Assembly: GCA_963828465.1 (NCBI GenBank)
Contig: CAWHEU010000020.1
Span: 1 to 64,000 of the forward strand
DNA from: an uncultured Acidobacteriota bacterium
GTDB lineage: Bacteria > Actinomycetota > Acidimicrobiia > Spongiisociales > ZC4RG35
Length of the DNA stretch: 64,000 bases
Reading direction: 5' to 3'
Shown here: positions 1 through 10,095 of the stretch, piece after piece
Numbering within the stretch: position 1 is the stretch's first letter
Layout of the letters: each line of letters begins with the position of its first letter
Translations under genes and position numbers: made by a program
The notes under the pieces: generated by a model
What the model saw: the letters and a program-made list of their open reading frames with translations, nothing else
What the model was told of the DNA's origin: nothing
Databases searched by the model: none

Positions 1-520
1 GCACCACGGGACATCCGAAGTCCTCGGCCGCCTCCCAGAAAGGGTCGAGCCCGGCCTGATCGAGATCGGTGCCGTCGACAGTCGTGGCGATCTGTATCCC
101 TGCCATGCCCAGGTCTCTCACTGCGAAGGCCAGCTCTTCGGCCGCTCGAGCCGGGTCTTGCAACGGGACCGTCCCCAGAGGTAGGAGTCGATCCGGGTGT
201 CGGCCCGCCTCCGCGGCGATGATCTCGTTGAATCGGCGTGAGTACTCGGTCCCAACGGCAGGGCTCAGTGCATAGGCAGTCAAGTCGATCCAGCCCGAGA
301 TGAGCTGGACGTCGACTCCGGTCGCATCCATGACGCGCAGGCGAGCGTCGAGGTCGGTCAGCACGGGGTTGAAGGGTGCCAGGCGGACCCTGCCGCCGAT
401 CACCGCGTATTCGCCCTTGCCGTCGTTCGCCAGCTCGATGCCGAGGCGGGGCCCTTCGTCGCGCAGCAGGTCCAGCAATGCAGCCGGGATGCAATGTGCG
501 TGGATGTCGTAGGTGGTCAC
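1..520 (-). CDS. Amidohydrolase family protein (ACMSD/LigW-like), 5' part; runs off the window start
   Basis: Manual translation from GTG at 520: VTTYDIHAHCIP...ARLRVMDATGVDVQLISGW...GTVPLQDPARAAEEL...LDPFWEAAE. Has the DxHxH metal motif; GAGGAG RBS upstream. Not in the ORF track. Confidence 0.85.
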   Translation of the reverse strand, partial: MTTYDIHAHCIPAALLDLLRDEGPRLGIELANDGKGEYAVIGGRVRLAPFNPVLTDLDARLRVMDATGVDVQLISGWIDLTAYALSPAVGTEYSRRFNEIIAAEAGRHPDRLLPLGTVPLQDPARAAEELAFAVRDLGMAGIQIATTVDGTDLDQAGLDPFWEAAEDFGCPVV

Positions 521-545
521 GATCGAATCGGGTCTCCTCGATTGC

Positions 546-1730
546 TCACGACGCGGATTGCGTCATGCGGGTGGACAAGGTGATGTCTGGCTCGAGGATG
601 TAAACGCCGCCGTTTACGCGGTCGGTCACATAGACGGTGTGGTCCTCGGAAACGAACACATCGTTGATCTGGGCCGCAGCCTGGTTCGGGGGACATTCGG
701 GGATCCAATGTGCGATCTCCACCGGGTCGTCGGGGTCGCCGAGGTCGTAGACCCTCAGACCGGCGTTGAAGTAGGTGGCGAACACGAGCTCGTGGCTCCG
801 ATAGCTGCTGGGGCGGTTCTCATGCAGGCAGTGTGACCCGAAGCGGAGGCCCCGTTGACAGAAGTCGCCCTCGGGAACCGGGCAGATCGAACGCACGAAG
901 GGGGCGGTCTCATCGGAGATATCCACGACTCTGATCATGTGCCTGTCCCCGTCGCATCCTTCCGTCAACACCTCGTCGGTGACGACCACCAGATCGCGGC
1001 CGGGCAACGGGAGGCAGGTGTGGGTGTGGCCCCCTTCATCCCATCCGAGCCGGGAGATCGTCGTGGGGCTCGACGGGTCGGAGATGTCTATCACCACCAT
1101 CCCTCCATCCCAGAAACCCAAAAAGGCACGGTCATCGTGGACCATCGCGTGGTGGACGAGCCATTCCTCGCCCTCCGGCGTGTCCAGGGTCTCGCCACCC
1201 GAGGTCCACATCCCCGGCCACCACCAGCGCCCGACCTCGGCCGGGTTGGCCGGATCCGACACGTCGACGATCAGCCAGATTCGACCGGTGTAGCCGTCAG
1301 GGGTCGCCGAGACATACGCGAAGTCGCCGCCTTCGTAGACGATTCGGTGGACGCCGCGGCCGCCGGTGTCGAAGAAGCCGAGGCGTTGGGGGTCGTGCGG
1401 GTCATCGAGGTCGTATATGGCCATCCCCACCGGTGCAGGTCCTTCGCTCCGGAACAGCTCGTGGTTGGTCATCAACAGACCGTCGGCCACCTGCACCTTG
1501 TGGGTATGCGATCCGGCTGGGGCATCCCACTGCCGTATCACCCGGGGCGCCGTCCGGTCCGAGATGTCGAGGATCGAGGTGCCCATGCCGCTCGGCCCAA
1601 AGTGACCGACATACAGGGTGTCGCCGTGAGGCATGACCTGCATTCCGTCGCCGAATCCGTTGAGATCGGACTGACCGACGAGTCGAAATCCAGACGTGTC
1701 TTCGGGGTGCATGGTTCCTCGTTTTCCCAC
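546..1730 (-). CDS. LVIVD repeat beta-propeller protein
   Basis: Repeated ILDISD / IYDLDDP / IVDVSDP / VIDISDP / VYDLGDP motifs and His-rich segments (SHTHK, GHTHT). Start may be the ATG at 1712. Confidence 0.85.
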   Translation of the reverse strand: MGKRGTMHPEDTSGFRLVGQSDLNGFGDGMQVMPHGDTLYVGHFGPSGMGTSILDISDRTAPRVIRQWDAPAGSHTHKVQVADGLLMTNHELFRSEGPAPVGMAIYDLDDPHDPQRLGFFDTGGRGVHRIVYEGGDFAYVSATPDGYTGRIWLIVDVSDPANPAEVGRWWWPGMWTSGGETLDTPEGEEWLVHHAMVHDDRAFLGFWDGGMVVIDISDPSSPTTISRLGWDEGGHTHTCLPLPGRDLVVVTDEVLTEGCDGDRHMIRVVDISDETAPFVRSICPVPEGDFCQRGLRFGSHCLHENRPSSYRSHELVFATYFNAGLRVYDLGDPDDPVEIAHWIPECPPNQAAAQINDVFVSEDHTVYVTDRVNGGVYILEPDITLSTRMTQSAS

Positions 1731-1739
1731 CTGGGGGCC

Positions 1740-1757
1740 TGCACAAACGTTTGTAGC
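1740..1757. promoter_or_regulatory. LacI-family operator between divergent genes
   Basis: TGCACAAACGTTTGTAGC contains the perfect palindrome ACAAACGTTTGT with central CG; a LacI gene lies 1.2 kb downstream. Confidence 0.7.
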
Positions 1758-2975
1758 ATGCCCTTTCTATCCATGCGAGATTATCTCCGTCGTCTGCGCG
1801 CGACCACGGGGCTGCGGGAGCCGAGCCTCGTTTCCGCGGCCGTCCTCACCCTCACCGCGGTCGCCTTCTTCCGGGTCGCCCTGCTGCCCGAGTTCGGCCG
1901 CGAGCTGTCGATGTCGACGTTTCAGTTGGGACTCGTCACGACCGTGTTCGCGGTGGGCAGGCTCGTGGCCGACCTGCCGGGCGGCCATTTCGCCGACAAG
2001 GTGAGGGCAATCAACCTCATGGCGCTGTCGGCCGGAGGGGTGGCTCTGGGCAGTCTGCTCCTGGGGCTCTCCTGGGTCGCACTGGTGGTCTACGTTGCCT
2101 CCTTCCTGCTCGGGATCTGCTCGGCCACCACCAATGCCACGGGGATGACCTTCTTCTCGACGGTGTCCGGCGCCAGTCACCGGGGCACGTCCATGGCGAT
2201 CTTCTCGGCTGCCTTGCTGGGCGGGCAGGCCATCGGGCCGGCGGCGGCCGGTCTGATCGCATCGGTCGGTGGCTGGCGTGTTGCGATGTTCGTCGGCGCC
2301 GCCGCCGCCGGGATCGTGGTTCTCGTCTTGCTTATGGCCCGGTCGAGCCGGCCGCCTCTACCCGCGGCAGTGCGGGCGGGAGATCCAGGTCTCACTGACC
2401 CGGGGAGCCGATCGCTCTTGCCACTACTGGTCCTACAGAGCGTGTCGTTCGCCGTCTTCCTCACACTGGGCTCGGTGTCCCAGACAATGGTGCCGATCAT
2501 CGGGGCAGATGATCTCGGGCTGGGCACTGCAGCCATCGGGCTCGCTCTGGGCGTCGGAGGGCTGGCGCGATTCGCGGGGACACTCGTCGGTGGGCGTTTG
2601 TCCGATCGACTCACGAGGAAATCCGTGCTCGTGCCGGGTCTGCTGATCCAGGCCTTCGGCGTGGCCCTTCTGTCGCTCGAACCCACCGTGACCGTGTGGC
2701 TCTCCGCCATCGTCGTCATGTCACTGGCCAGCTTCGCCGTCCCTGTTGCGGCCACGATCCTGGGAGATATCACCGACCCAGCCCGGGTCGGATCGCAGTT
2801 GGGCCGTTTTCGCTTCGTCGGAGATCTCGGCTTGATCACAGGACCGCTGGTTGTGACGGGCCTATTCGCCGGATTCGGCAGAGTTGTCGCCTTCCTGTTC
2901 GTGGCGGCCGTCCTGATGACGGCGGCCGCTCTCTCCTGGAGGTTTCTTCCGGAGACGGGCGGCGTTCAGGCGTAA
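1758..2975 (+). CDS. MFS transporter
   Basis: About 12 hydrophobic helices, with motif A-like GHFADKV and GRLSDRLTRK. This is the C-terminal part of ORF 855..2975; start at ATG 1758 or 1773. Confidence 0.9.
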   Translation: MPFLSMRDYLRRLRATTGLREPSLVSAAVLTLTAVAFFRVALLPEFGRELSMSTFQLGLVTTVFAVGRLVADLPGGHFADKVRAINLMALSAGGVALGSLLLGLSWVALVVYVASFLLGICSATTNATGMTFFSTVSGASHRGTSMAIFSAALLGGQAIGPAAAGLIASVGGWRVAMFVGAAAAGIVVLVLLMARSSRPPLPAAVRAGDPGLTDPGSRSLLPLLVLQSVSFAVFLTLGSVSQTMVPIIGADDLGLGTAAIGLALGVGGLARFAGTLVGGRLSDRLTRKSVLVPGLLIQAFGVALLSLEPTVTVWLSAIVVMSLASFAVPVAATILGDITDPARVGSQLGRFRFVGDLGLITGPLVVTGLFAGFGRVVAFLFVAAVLMTAAALSWRFLPETGGVQA

Positions 2976-2987
2976 CAAGCGGAGGGC

Positions 2988-4073
2988 ATGGGTCGGCTCG
3001 AGGGGGTTGGGTACCCTCGCCCCGTGAGCAAGCCGGGTGGAAATGGCGAGAACCGAGCGGGCAAGCCGCCCACGTTGCGCGATGTCGCCCGCGAGGCCGG
3101 GGTACATGTGTCGACCGTTTCCCGGGTCCTCAACGACCAGGCCGCCGCCGGCCGGATCACCCAGGACACGGACGAGCGGATCCGCGAGGTGGCCCGAAGA
3201 CTTGGTTATCGCCGAAACACCATCGCCCGTGCACTTCGCACCGGACGCACTCTCGTGGTGGGGATGGTCGTTCCCGACGTGGCCAATCTCTACCAGGCGG
3301 GTATCACCCGCGGGGCAGGCGACGTCCTCTACGCCCACGGGTACTCGCTGATACTCGCCAGCACCGACGACGACCCGAAACACGCCGAGTCCCAGGTCTC
3401 TGCGATGCTCGGAGTCCAGGCAGATGGTCTTCTGTACGGGGTGGCGAGGGAGGACGACGCGGTCCTGGCCTGGCTGGTCGACGAGGGCATCCCGGTGGTT
3501 CTCTTCAATCGTGGGGCAGAGGGCCGTGGGATCAGTGCCGTGCTCCCCGACGATCGCACCGGGACCCGGTTGGCGGTGGAGCATTTGTTCTCACTGGGTC
3601 ATCGCAACATCGTGCACGTCGGCGGGCCCGAGGACGTCTCATCCACCGTCAACCGGCTCGGGACCTTCGAAGAGGCGCTCCGGGAAGCGGGCCTGAGCGG
3701 GAGTCACGGCTTTGCCCACCGTCACACCGAGGAGGAGGGCTATCGGGTGACGAGTGATCTGCTCGAGGAGCGTCCTGACACCACTGCGGTGCTCGCGGCC
3801 AATGACCGGCTCGCGCTCGGTGCGATCGACGCCATCCGGGAGGTCGGGCGATCGTGCCCGGAAGACGTCTCGGTGGTCGGGTTCAACGATATGCCTTACG
3901 GCGACCGGTTCTCACCACCGCTCACGACAGTTCACATCTCCCAGAACAACCTGGGCTCGATGGCGGCCAATCTCCTGCTGGAGACGATCGCGGACCCGGG
4001 GCGGCCCGCCGAGACCCATCTCGCCGCGCCGGAGCTGGTGGTCAGGGGCTCCACCGCGCCCGCCCGGAACTGA
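2988..4073 (+). CDS. LacI-family transcriptional regulator
   Basis: [24 protein letters not shown]; C-terminal [11 protein letters not shown]...PPLTTV and ELVVRGST. Confidence 0.95.
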   Translation: MGRLEGVGYPRPVSKPGGNGENRAGKPPTLRDVAREAGVHVSTVSRVLNDQAAAGRITQDTDERIREVARRLGYRRNTIARALRTGRTLVVGMVVPDVANLYQAGITRGAGDVLYAHGYSLILASTDDDPKHAESQVSAMLGVQADGLLYGVAREDDAVLAWLVDEGIPVVLFNRGAEGRGISAVLPDDRTGTRLAVEHLFSLGHRNIVHVGGPEDVSSTVNRLGTFEEALREAGLSGSHGFAHRHTEEEGYRVTSDLLEERPDTTAVLAANDRLALGAIDAIREVGRSCPEDVSVVGFNDMPYGDRFSPPLTTVHISQNNLGSMAANLLLETIADPGRPAETHLAAPELVVRGSTAPARN

Positions 4074-4100
4074 CAGCCCAATCTCACCGGGGCTAGTGTC

Positions 4101-4118
4101 TGAACAACCGTTTGTGCA
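4101..4118. promoter_or_regulatory. Second copy of the LacI operator
   Basis: TGAACAACCGTTTGTGCA; its reverse complement TGCACAAACGGTTGTTCA matches the 1740 site. Lies just upstream of the creatininase operon. Confidence 0.65.
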
Positions 4119-4150
4119 AAGGCGCCGACGGTCAGATCGGAGACCGAGAC

Positions 4151-4933
4151 TTGAGCCGCGAGCGCATGCTTCTCGCCAACATGACCCAGCCCGAGGCGCA
4201 GGAGGCGCTGGGTCGGGGAACGGCCGTGCTGGTTACCGGCAGCATCGAGCAGCACGGCGGTCATCTCCCCTTGGGCACCGATGCCTGGGCCGCCCTCACC
4301 ATCGCCCTCCGGGTCGGGGAGCGTCTCGAGGCTCCGGTGGTGCCCATCTCCCCGGTAGGCGTGGCGTCCTATCACCTTCCCTGGCCGGGATCGTTGAGTA
4401 TCAGCCCTGACACCTTGGCCGCGCTGATCGTGGAGGTCTGCGAGGGTTTGGCCAGCGCCGGTGTGGAGAGGGTGATCGTCGTCAACTGGCACGAGGGCAA
4501 CTCCACGGCGATCCGGCTGGGCGCCGACCGGGCCCAGCAGAAGCTCCCCTTGCGTGTGATCGTCGCCGAGTCACATGTGATCACCAACGCACTGTTTCCC
4601 GACGAGATGGAGTTCACCCATGCCGGGTCGATGGAGACGGCGGCGATCCTGGCCCACGATCCCGCGCTGGTGAGACTCGGCGAGATGGTGGACGGTGACT
4701 CGATCGACCGGGCCACAGATGGACACGCCCTCTTCCGGCGTCGCGACGTGTTCCCCATCATGAGGGATTTCAGGGAGGTGGCGGCCAAGGGGTGGTACGG
4801 AACACCCGATTCGATCACCGAGGAGCGAGCCGGAGAGATCATCGACGCGGTGGCCGAGCACATCGTCAGTTCGGTGGAAGAGGTGTGGAAGGGCCTGGCG
4901 GAGCGGGCCCCCGAACCGGAGGGCGGGTCGTGA
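4151..4933 (+). CDS. Creatininase-family amidohydrolase
   Basis: GSIEQHGGHLPLGTD, VNWHEGN and HAGSMET motifs; start at TTG 4151 or ATG 4166. Confidence 0.9.
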   Translation: MSRERMLLANMTQPEAQEALGRGTAVLVTGSIEQHGGHLPLGTDAWAALTIALRVGERLEAPVVPISPVGVASYHLPWPGSLSISPDTLAALIVEVCEGLASAGVERVIVVNWHEGNSTAIRLGADRAQQKLPLRVIVAESHVITNALFPDEMEFTHAGSMETAAILAHDPALVRLGEMVDGDSIDRATDGHALFRRRDVFPIMRDFREVAAKGWYGTPDSITEERAGEIIDAVAEHIVSSVEEVWKGLAERAPEPEGGS

Positions 4934-5982
4934 CCACCATGCGTGCCGCGGTGCTGAAGGGATGGAACGACCTCTCGGTGGAGGACGTCGAGGTCCCCGA
5001 GCCGGCATCGGGGGAGGTTCTGCTCCGGGTCAGGGCATGCGGTCTGTGCGGCACCGACCTCAAGATGGTGCACGGCGCCTTCGAGAAACGCGGGTGGCCC
5101 CCGTCCTTGCCCTTCGTCATGGGCCATGAGTGGTCGGGAGAGGTGGTCGCCCTCGGCGAGGGTCTCGACGACCTGGCGCTGCAGCCCGGCGACAAGGTGG
5201 TTGCCGAGAACCACGTCGGTTGTGGCCGCTGTCCCATGTGCCGGCAGGGCCGGTACAACCTGTGTGAGAAATCGGGCACTCCGGGATATCGCCTCTACGG
5301 ACACACCGCTCCGGGCGCGCTCGCCGAGTTCGCGGTCAGACCGGCCCAGATGCTGCACAAGCTGCCCGACTCGGTCAGTCCCCTGGAGGGGGCGCTGGTG
5401 AATCAGGGTTCGCTGACGGTGCATGCCCTGCGACGGGTCGAGTTCCTGCCCGGGTCGACCGTGGCGATCTTCGGGCCGGGTCTCCTCGGCCTTCTCGCCG
5501 CGGCGGTGGCGTCGGCCTCCGGGGCTGCGCAGCTGATCATGGTCGGGCGGGGTAGCAGACTCGACCTGGCGGCCAAGATGGGCTGTGACGACGTGGTCGA
5601 CTACGAGAAGGAAGACCCCGTCGCCGGAGTGCGTCGTCTCACCGGAGGCCGGGGGGTCGATTACGTCTTCGACTGCACGGGGAACCCGGACGTCCCCGCG
5701 CAAGCCATCGGAGCAGTTCGCCGCGGCGGGAGGATCGCTCTGCTCGGGCTCACCGGAGGCAAGCCGTCCGAGATCGACGTCGATCGTCTCACCCTCGACG
5801 AGGTAGACCTCATGGGGATTCGATCGAGCCCCAACGCATACCCGGCGATGATCGCTCTCATGCGCTCGGGCAAGGTGGACCTGAGCCCGCTGGTCACCCA
5901 CGTCTATCCGCTGGAATCCGTCGGGGAAGCCCTCGCCGCACTCGAGTCCCGCGAGGCGGTCCGACCCATCGTGGAGCTGTGA
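4930..5982 (+). CDS. Zn-dependent alcohol/sugar dehydrogenase (MDR)
   Basis: CGLCGTD, GHEWSG, CGRCPMC...NLC zinc motifs and GPGLLG Rossmann motif; GTGA overlap with the upstream gene. Confidence 0.93.
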   Translation: MTTMRAAVLKGWNDLSVEDVEVPEPASGEVLLRVRACGLCGTDLKMVHGAFEKRGWPPSLPFVMGHEWSGEVVALGEGLDDLALQPGDKVVAENHVGCGRCPMCRQGRYNLCEKSGTPGYRLYGHTAPGALAEFAVRPAQMLHKLPDSVSPLEGALVNQGSLTVHALRRVEFLPGSTVAIFGPGLLGLLAAAVASASGAAQLIMVGRGSRLDLAAKMGCDDVVDYEKEDPVAGVRRLTGGRGVDYVFDCTGNPDVPAQAIGAVRRGGRIALLGLTGGKPSEIDVDRLTLDEVDLMGIRSSPNAYPAMIALMRSGKVDLSPLVTHVYPLESVGEALAALESREAVRPIVEL

Positions 5983-6467
5983 CCGTGGCCTTGGTGGAAC
6001 ATCCGCACATCTCGATGTTCGGCTCCAGCGAGTGCACCTGCACCGAGGAGGAGGCAAAGGCCCTTGCAGTGGTGGCCGCCTACCGGGTGGCGAAGGTATC
6101 GGAGCGTGGCCCGTTCCTGGCTCCCGGCTTCAAGCGCCATCGAGCCGGCTTCACCCACATCGGCGACCTGTGGGAGAGCGAGGGGCCCAAGGGCATGGAT
6201 GACGACTCCATGCGGGACCGTGAGAACATCCTCCTCGACCTCACGGCCAAGAACGACAAGGTGTGGGGGATATTTCGCGTGGTCGGGACTCACACCGGTT
6301 CGCTGTATGGGATCCCGGCCACCGGTCAACACATAGACGTGGTCGAGGTCGGCTTATGGCGTGTCGAGGATGGGGTCATCGCCGAGGCCTGGTACTTCGG
6401 GGACGAGCTCGGGCTCCTGAGGGCGGTCGGAGCCAACCCGCCGGACCTGACGAAGGCGTCGGGGTAG
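5979..6467 (+). CDS. SnoaL-like / ester cyclase family protein
   Basis: GTHTGSLYGIPATG...WRVEDGVIAEAW...DELGLL, an NTF2-like signature. Confidence 0.8.
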   Translation: MTVALVEHPHISMFGSSECTCTEEEAKALAVVAAYRVAKVSERGPFLAPGFKRHRAGFTHIGDLWESEGPKGMDDDSMRDRENILLDLTAKNDKVWGIFRVVGTHTGSLYGIPATGQHIDVVEVGLWRVEDGVIAEAWYFGDELGLLRAVGANPPDLTKASG

Positions 6468-6529
6468 GCCTGTCGGCTGCGACATCGGCGGCGATTCGGG
6501 CCACGGTCCGTCCCGGTTCGACTGACCCA

Positions 6530-7270
6530 ATGACCACCGAAGCCGTTCTCGTGATCCTGGTGATCTCGGCGGCCTACCTGATCAAAGGGGTGACAGGGAT
6601 CGGCGGGCCACTCCTGGCGGTGCCCTTCATCGCCGGGATCGCCAGTGTGGAACTGGCGGTCGTGGTCCTCTCCCTGGGGAACCTGGTGTCGAACGGCTGG
6701 TTGCTTTGGGAGCACCGCTCCGGGGGCCGCGGCACTGGCTTCGTGATGACACCGTTCCTGGTCGTCGGGGTCCCGGCGACCATCGCTGGGACATGGCTCC
6801 TCACCGAGGTGGACGATCGGATCCTCTCGGTGATCATCGCCGTTGTGATCCTGGGATACATCTGGCGCTACCTGGCCGACCCCCATTTCGTGCTCGAGCG
6901 AGACACCGCTCGCCGAATGGCGGCCCCAATGGGCTTGGTGGGAGGTGGGCTGCTGGGTGCCACCGGGACGGCAGGGCCCCTAATCGCCACCTACATGCAC
7001 GCCATCCGGCTCGGCCGCCCCTCGTTCATCCACATGATGAGCCTGACCTTCCAGGTCTTCGGAGTGATCCAGCTGGTGACCCTGGTCGTCCTCGGCGCCT
7101 TCACCCCGGAGCGAACCGTGCAGGCCTTATGGGCCATCGTCCCCGTGACCGTGATGACAGCCATCGGCATACGCATCGGGCGTCGGCTGAATCAGCGGGT
7201 GCTCGAGTTCCTGGTGCTCGCGCTGTTGGGGTTCGCTGCTGTCCGGCTGCTGCTGTCGGCGCTGGGCTGA
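6530..7270 (+). CDS. TauE/SafE-family (sulfite exporter-like) membrane protein
   Basis: IKGVTGIGGPLLAVP and GLLGATGTAGP repeats; about 8 TM helices. Confidence 0.85.
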   Translation: MTTEAVLVILVISAAYLIKGVTGIGGPLLAVPFIAGIASVELAVVVLSLGNLVSNGWLLWEHRSGGRGTGFVMTPFLVVGVPATIAGTWLLTEVDDRILSVIIAVVILGYIWRYLADPHFVLERDTARRMAAPMGLVGGGLLGATGTAGPLIATYMHAIRLGRPSFIHMMSLTFQVFGVIQLVTLVVLGAFTPERTVQALWAIVPVTVMTAIGIRIGRRLNQRVLEFLVLALLGFAAVRLLLSALG

Positions 7271-8637
7271 GGGGGCCAGTTCTGATGCCGCCGCTCGGTG
7301 TGGAGCAGGCAAGCGGTGAGATGACCGTCACCGACGTCCTCCAGCTCGACCGGTTCCACCGGGAAGAACCTGATGTCCAGGCTTCTGCCATCGGTGGACA
7401 CCGTCTCGAGCGCCGCTTTCATGGCCGGCGGGATGTCACCGTCCTGAATTGCCTGGCCCACCGCTGAAGCCGAATCGTCGTCGTGGAAGACCAGAGTGGC
7501 GTCGAAGTTCGATCTGCGCTGCACATCGGCGAGACCGGCTGCCAGTAACTCACGGGTCTGGAGCCACGCCACTGCGTCGTCGACCTCCCACCCGCAGGCC
7601 GGGGTAGCTACCGGGCACCGGGTGTGGAAGCGGCAGCCTTCCGGCGGGTTGGCCGGATTGGGCACCGCCCCCTTCAGGCCCTTCATCACGGAAACCTCTG
7701 CGCGGATGTCGGGGTTGGCGGCGAGGAGAGCGTCGGTGTACGGGTGACGGGGATCTTCGAAAAGCTCTTTGGCAGTGCCGTATTCGGCGACCTTGCCCAG
7801 GTACATGACGGCGATGCGATCGCTCATCAGCCTGACGACACCGAGGTCGTGACTGATGAACAGATAGGTCAGGCCGCGATCTTTCTGCAACTCGTGGAGC
7901 AGGTTGAGGATCTGGGCCTGCACCGAGACGTCGAGGGCGCTCGTCGGCTCGTCGAGGACGATGAACTCGGGGTCGAGGGCAAGGGCCCGGGCTATCGAGA
8001 TCCGCTGTCTCTGACCTCCGGAGAACTGATGGGGGTACCGGTAGAGGTGCTGGCGACCAAGACCGACGCTCTCCAGCAGCGAGACGACGCGCTCGATGAG
8101 CTCCTGGCCGGATGCCTCTTTGTGGACCTGGAGCGGCCGGCCCACGAGGTCCTTCACGAGCTGTCTCGGGTTGAGCGAGCTGAAGGAGTCCTGGAAGACG
8201 ATCTGGCAGTTGCGCCGATATATCTTCCACGCCTTTCCCGAAAGCCCGTCGACGCGGTGATTCGCGTCGATTCGCTCCACCTGCTTTCGTTGCTCCACGG
8301 TGCGATCGGCCTCGGGGATGGGATCGATCTCATCGAGCCTGGCGGCGTCCTCGTCCGAGAGCCTGAAGTAGATCTTGCCGCCGGTCGGGGCCACGAGGCC
8401 GCCGATACATCGACCGAGCGTCGTCTTGCCACATCCCGACTCACCGACGAGACCCATCGTCTCCCCGGGACGGACCTCGAAGGAGACACCGTCGACGGCC
8501 CGCACATTGCCCACCACCCGTTGCAGGGTGCCTTCCTTGATCGGGAAGTACTTCTCGACCCCTCGCACTGAGATGACCGCCCGTTGGGCCGCCCCCGGCG
8601 GCTGGCTCCCTCGTGATGGGCAGTCAACGGAAGTCAC
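7192..8637 (-). CDS. Oligopeptide/sugar ABC transporter ATPase (OppF/AppF-like)
   Basis: [25 protein letters not shown] and CRFHTRC; probable GTG start at 8637. Confidence 0.92.
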   Translation of the reverse strand: MTSVDCPSRGSQPPGAAQRAVISVRGVEKYFPIKEGTLQRVVGNVRAVDGVSFEVRPGETMGLVGESGCGKTTLGRCIGGLVAPTGGKIYFRLSDEDAARLDEIDPIPEADRTVEQRKQVERIDANHRVDGLSGKAWKIYRRNCQIVFQDSFSSLNPRQLVKDLVGRPLQVHKEASGQELIERVVSLLESVGLGRQHLYRYPHQFSGGQRQRISIARALALDPEFIVLDEPTSALDVSVQAQILNLLHELQKDRGLTYLFISHDLGVVRLMSDRIAVMYLGKVAEYGTAKELFEDPRHPYTDALLAANPDIRAEVSVMKGLKGAVPNPANPPEGCRFHTRCPVATPACGWEVDDAVAWLQTRELLAAGLADVQRRSNFDATLVFHDDDSASAVGQAIQDGDIPPAMKAALETVSTDGRSLDIRFFPVEPVELEDVGDGHLTACLLHTERRHQNWPPQPSADSSSRTAANPNSASTRNSSTR

Positions 8638-9817
8638 GAGACCCACCTCTCCAGCGTGGGTAGGACAACGGAGCCATCGCTCGTGTCGTAGGCGAAGCAG
8701 GCAACCGTGTGCTCCGCGCCCACCATCACGACCTCCGGGTCGGTGGTCCGGCATACCTCGACCGCAAATGGGCATCGGGTGTTGAACCGGCATGCCGGCG
8801 GCGGGTCGACCAGTTCGGGCACCGTCCCCTCGATGGCTGCGAGATGGCCTCTCTCATGGAGGGCGGAAGGGACCGCCGCCATGAGACCTCTGGTGTAGGG
8901 GTGCTTGGGGTCGCTGAACACCTCCTCGGTCGTTCCCGTCTCGACGATCCGCCCGGCGTACATCACGGCCACCCGATCGCAGATCTCCTTGACGAGCGAG
9001 AGGTCGTGGCTGATATAGAGGACCGAAGTCTCCAGACGCTGTTGCAACTCGGCGATCAGCTCGAGGATCCTCGCCTGGATGGTGACGTCCAGGGCTGTCG
9101 TCGGCTCGTCGGCGATCAACAGGTCGGGATTGCAGGCCAAGGCCTGGGCGATGAGGACGCGCTGTTTCATTCCGCCCGAGAGCTCGTGGGGGTAGCTGTC
9201 CATGATCGTGCGCGGATTGGAGATCTGGGTCTCGGTGAGGGCGCGGGCGACGAGCTGATCGACTCGCTCTCTCATCTTTTCTGCCTTGGCCCGCCACGGA
9301 GGGAATCTCAGGAGGAACCGCTCGAAGCTGCTCGTTTGCTGGTGGGCGGCGCGACGGATGAGACGGGGCACGTGGTCGCCGAAAGGCTCGAGGATGTCCT
9401 CGGAACGGTGCTGGTAGAAAACCTCGGCCACCTGGCTGCGTATCGACAACGCCGGGTTGAGCGCCTTGCCCGGGTCCTGGAAGATCATCGCGATCCGATC
9501 GCCGCGGATCTCCAGCATCTCGTCGTGGGGGATCTGGAGGAGGTCGATCGGGTCTCTGCCGCTCTTGCGTGCCTCGGTCGACCAGAAGTCGATCTCACCG
9601 CCGGCATAGATCCCGGGGGGGCTGGGGACGAGACGGATGAATGAGCGAGCGGTCACACTCTTGCCGCAGCCGGTCTCGCCGACCAGCCCGAGGGTCTCTC
9701 CATCTCGGATGTCGAAGGAGACGCCGTCGACTGCGTGCACCACTCCAGCCTTGGCCTGGAAATAGACCTTGAGATCCCGGACCGATGCGACCAGGGGCCG
9801 GGTGGTGGCTCGGTCAT
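8634..9817 (-). CDS. Oligopeptide/sugar ABC transporter ATPase (OppD/AppD-like); probable frameshift near the 5' end
   Basis: [25 protein letters not shown]. The in-frame VRDLKVYF lies upstream of 9743 with no start codon. ATG 9817 (MTEPPPGP) joins it if one base is added to the G run at about 9794-9797. Confidence 0.88.
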
Positions 9818-9965
9818 AATGTGGTGTTGATGTCGACGTGACTCTTGGTCACGACCACCCCCCGTCCGGCCAGTCAGTAGCGCCGATCGAGGTCACGCCG
9901 ACCAGTATGTCATGCGACCACCGGCTAGCTGCCTTCACCTCTTCCTCCCTGTGCCCGCTGTTCGC

Positions 9966-9977
9966 GCAATCGATTGC
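9966..9977. promoter_or_regulatory. Palindrome GCAATCGATTGC, possible LacI-type operator upstream of the ABC ATPases
   Basis: Perfect 12-bp palindrome with central CG in a divergent intergenic region. Confidence 0.45.
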
Positions 9978-10095
9978 TGACCGGCAACGCACGATATAGC
10001 GTGGGCGCGCGAGGCGCAATAGTTCGCCGAAGCGGCCACCGGCACTTTCGCGTCGGACTGACGACAGACGATCCGGGCTCGGCCACAATTGCTCC

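Noticed and set aside
855-1757. Long N-terminal extension of the MFS ORF, and the many long antisense ORFs in the track (e.g. 4372..6057, 37687..38835)
   Set aside because: Shadow ORFs of high-GC genes on the opposite strand, with no recognisable motifs.
7192-7270. 79-bp convergent overlap between TauE and the ABC ATPase as a functional feature
   Set aside because: The tail is low-complexity read-through typical of GC-rich DNA, or another indel error.
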